Below are positions 61,656 to 64,000 of a stretch of DNA of 64,000 bases, one piece after another (position 1 is the stretch's first letter; the number at the start of each line of letters is the position of its first letter). Origin of the DNA: Carcharhinus longimanus (taxonomy: Eukaryota); NCBI GenBank assembly GCA_030264375.1, contig JASCQW010000190.1:51994078-52058077 (forward strand), read 5' to 3'. A program made the position numbers and the translations under genes. A model generated the notes under the pieces. That model had not been told where the DNA came from. It saw only the letters and a program-made list of their open reading frames with translations, and did no database searches.

Positions 61656-62679
61656 TTTATCTTGTACATAGTTACATTAGTTAATAACCCCTTTGTTGTT
61701 GGAGCAATATCAAGTCACCTCCAGTCATTGCATTGGCAAACATAGTCAAAATAAAATAGAAAAATTGTCCTTGTAGCCCAAGTTTCTGCCTACCTGCATT
61801 AAACTTTCAGCATTTTTTTAAATTCATTCAAGTGGTGTGGGCTTTATTGGCTGGTCAGCATTTACTATCCATTTCTAATTGCCCTTAAGAAGATGGTAGT
61901 CAGTTGCTTTCTTCTACAGCTGCAGTCCACGTGCTGTTTGGGACAGATTTTGACCCAATGACTGAAGGAAGAGTAATATATTTCCAAGTCAGGATGGTGA
62001 GTGGCTCAGAGGGTAACTTGTGCTAGGGTGCTAGATCAGAAACTCCAAGATATGCTATGAAGCTAGATGAAACACTAACAATTTTTCTATTTTGGCATAA
62101 ATGTGAGGAAAGGGAGTTTCACCTCAGGAGTGATTCCATTGACAAATGAGGGATTTTAAAAATCAAAACAAGTTTTATTTATCACACAGTTTTAAGTATA
62201 AAACTCTAACAAGATGAAACAGTTTAACTCAACCATTGAACGATCTTTAAACATAAAAATAAACAATTCATAACTTCTAACTTAACATGATTGTATTCCA
62301 ATTAAGCAATATTTCTCTTATAGACTTAAACCTCTAAAATAGTTAGCAAATACAGATAAACTTAGCCTCACTTTGGAGCTTTCAGAGAGGGAGAGAGAGA
62401 GCTCAGCTCGTAGGCTTTTATCTTTGACCAGCACTTTCCAGTAACTGAACAGCAAGCTGTTTCTCTCTGCTACAAAACTAGTTCCTCCCACTTCTTGGCA
62501 GGTGATACAGTGATTAGCACTGCTACCTCACAAGGTGTGTTCAACTCCCGGCTTGGGTCACTGTCTGTGCAGAGTCTGCATATTCTCATGTCTGTGTGGG
62601 TTTCCTCCAAATGCTCCTGCTTCCACCCACAGACTGAAAGATGTGCTGGTTAGGTGCATTGGCCATGCTAAATTATGGC

Positions 62680-63413
62680 ACTTACGTCAACAAAAAAGGA
62701 GATTGTCATCGACTTCAGGAAGCATAAAGGAGAACATGCGCCTGCCTACATCAATGGGGACAAAGTGGAAAGGGCCGAGAGCTTCAGGTTTTTAGGTGTC
62801 CAGATCACCAACAACCTGGTCCTCCCGTGCTGACACTATAGTTTAGAAAGCCCACCAATGCCTCTATTTTCTCAGAAGACTAAGGAAATTTGGCATGTCA
62901 GCTATGACTCTCATCAACTTTTACAAATGCACTATCGAAAGCATTTTTTTCTGGTTGCATCACAGTTTGGTATCTGGTCTGTCCAAGACTGCAAGGAACT
63001 ACAAAAGGTCATGAAAGTAGCCCAATCCATCACACGAAGCAGCCTCTCATCCAATGATTCTGTCTACACTTCCCGCTGCCTCGGCAAAGTAGTCAGCATA
63101 ATTTAAGGACCCCACACACCCAGACATTCTCTCTTCCCCCTGCTTCCAGCGGGAAGAAGATACAAAAGTCTGAGGTCATGTACCAACTGACTCAAGGACA
63201 GTTTCTTCCCTGCTGCTGTTAGACTTGTGAATGGACTTACCTTGCATTAAGCTGATCTTTCTCCGTACCCTAGCTATGACTATAACACTATATTCTGCAC
63301 TCTCTCATTTCCTTCTCAATGAATGGTATATTTTGTCTGTATAGCACGCAAGAAACAATACTTTTCACTGTATGTTAATATGTGTGACAATAATAAATCA
63401 AATCAAATCAAAT
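62680..63413 (+). mobile_element. Rex1/Babar-type LINE 3' portion abutting a truncated V-SINE (62500-62672)
   Basis: EIVIDFRKHKGEHAPAYINGDKVERAESFRFLGVQIT and LYFLRRLRKF, with an (AAATC)n tail. Confidence 0.75.
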
Positions 63414-64000
63414 AAGCTCATGGTGTTGCAGATATATAAGGAATAGAGGTTTGGCTAACAAACAGGAACCAGAGGGTCAGGATAAATGGGTCATTTTCAG
63501 ATTACCAAACTATACCAGTAGACCACAGACATCAAATGTTTACAAGCTATATTAATGACTTGGGTGAAACAACTAAGTGAATTTTATCCAAATTTGCTGA
63601 TGATACAAGGAGAAGTAGGATAGTAAGTTGTGAGGAGCATGCAAAAGGCAGCAAAGAGACATTGCTAGGTTAAGAGAATGTAGGGAAATTTAATTTTCAT
63701 ACTTATTCACAATAAGTTTGCAGTTTAATTATGGGTATTAGTCAAATAATCAAACCCAATGTCAACCCAATATGGTTTTATGCTAAATTTTAGGACACTA
63801 GCTCATCACATTACTTGGTCTTAGCATCACAGCCAAACCTGACAAGGGAGTGAAAGTATATGGCCTTTAAGACAGTGATGCCAGACTTCAAGATTGCATA
63901 GTACTAGTGTGGAGCCATCCACCTCCCCAGCAATTAAAATTATCTGTTGTGTTCACTAAATTCAAAGACCCACAATGCAAAGAAAAATGTGTTAAAACAT

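Overview
Vertebrate nuclear DNA, almost certainly from a shark or other cartilaginous fish (inferred from abundant HE1-like V-SINEs and CR1 LINEs). It is a scaffold with about ten N-gaps. The single protein-coding gene is RFWD3 (FANCW; RING + coiled-coil + WD40 E3 ligase) on the minus strand. It has a CpG/CCAAT-rich promoter near 51.4-51.55 kb, a probable non-coding exon 1, and 12 phase-consistent GT-AG coding exons (50435 to 9669; 2208 nt, about 735 aa), with a poly(A) signal at 9322-9327. Its 21-kb intron 2 holds a 13.5-kb antisense endogenous retrovirus complex (33022-46515) inserted into a CR1 LINE with a 4-bp TTGC target-site duplication. The complex has a tRNA-Ser-like PBS, a nine-unit hairpin array in the leader, two overlapping pol lineages, two defective IN-env cassettes sharing an internally deleted gamma-type env, and an orphan third LTR followed by 3 kb of host-type DNA (nesting or mis-scaffolding). 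The remainder is CR1, L2, RTE and Rex/Babar LINE fragments, two V-SINE tail types, Gypsy remnants and solo LTRs, MITE-like elements, and Penelope-like fragments, one with an apparently intact minimal hammerhead ribozyme motif. All comparisons to human RFWD3 and to repeat families are from memory, not database searches.
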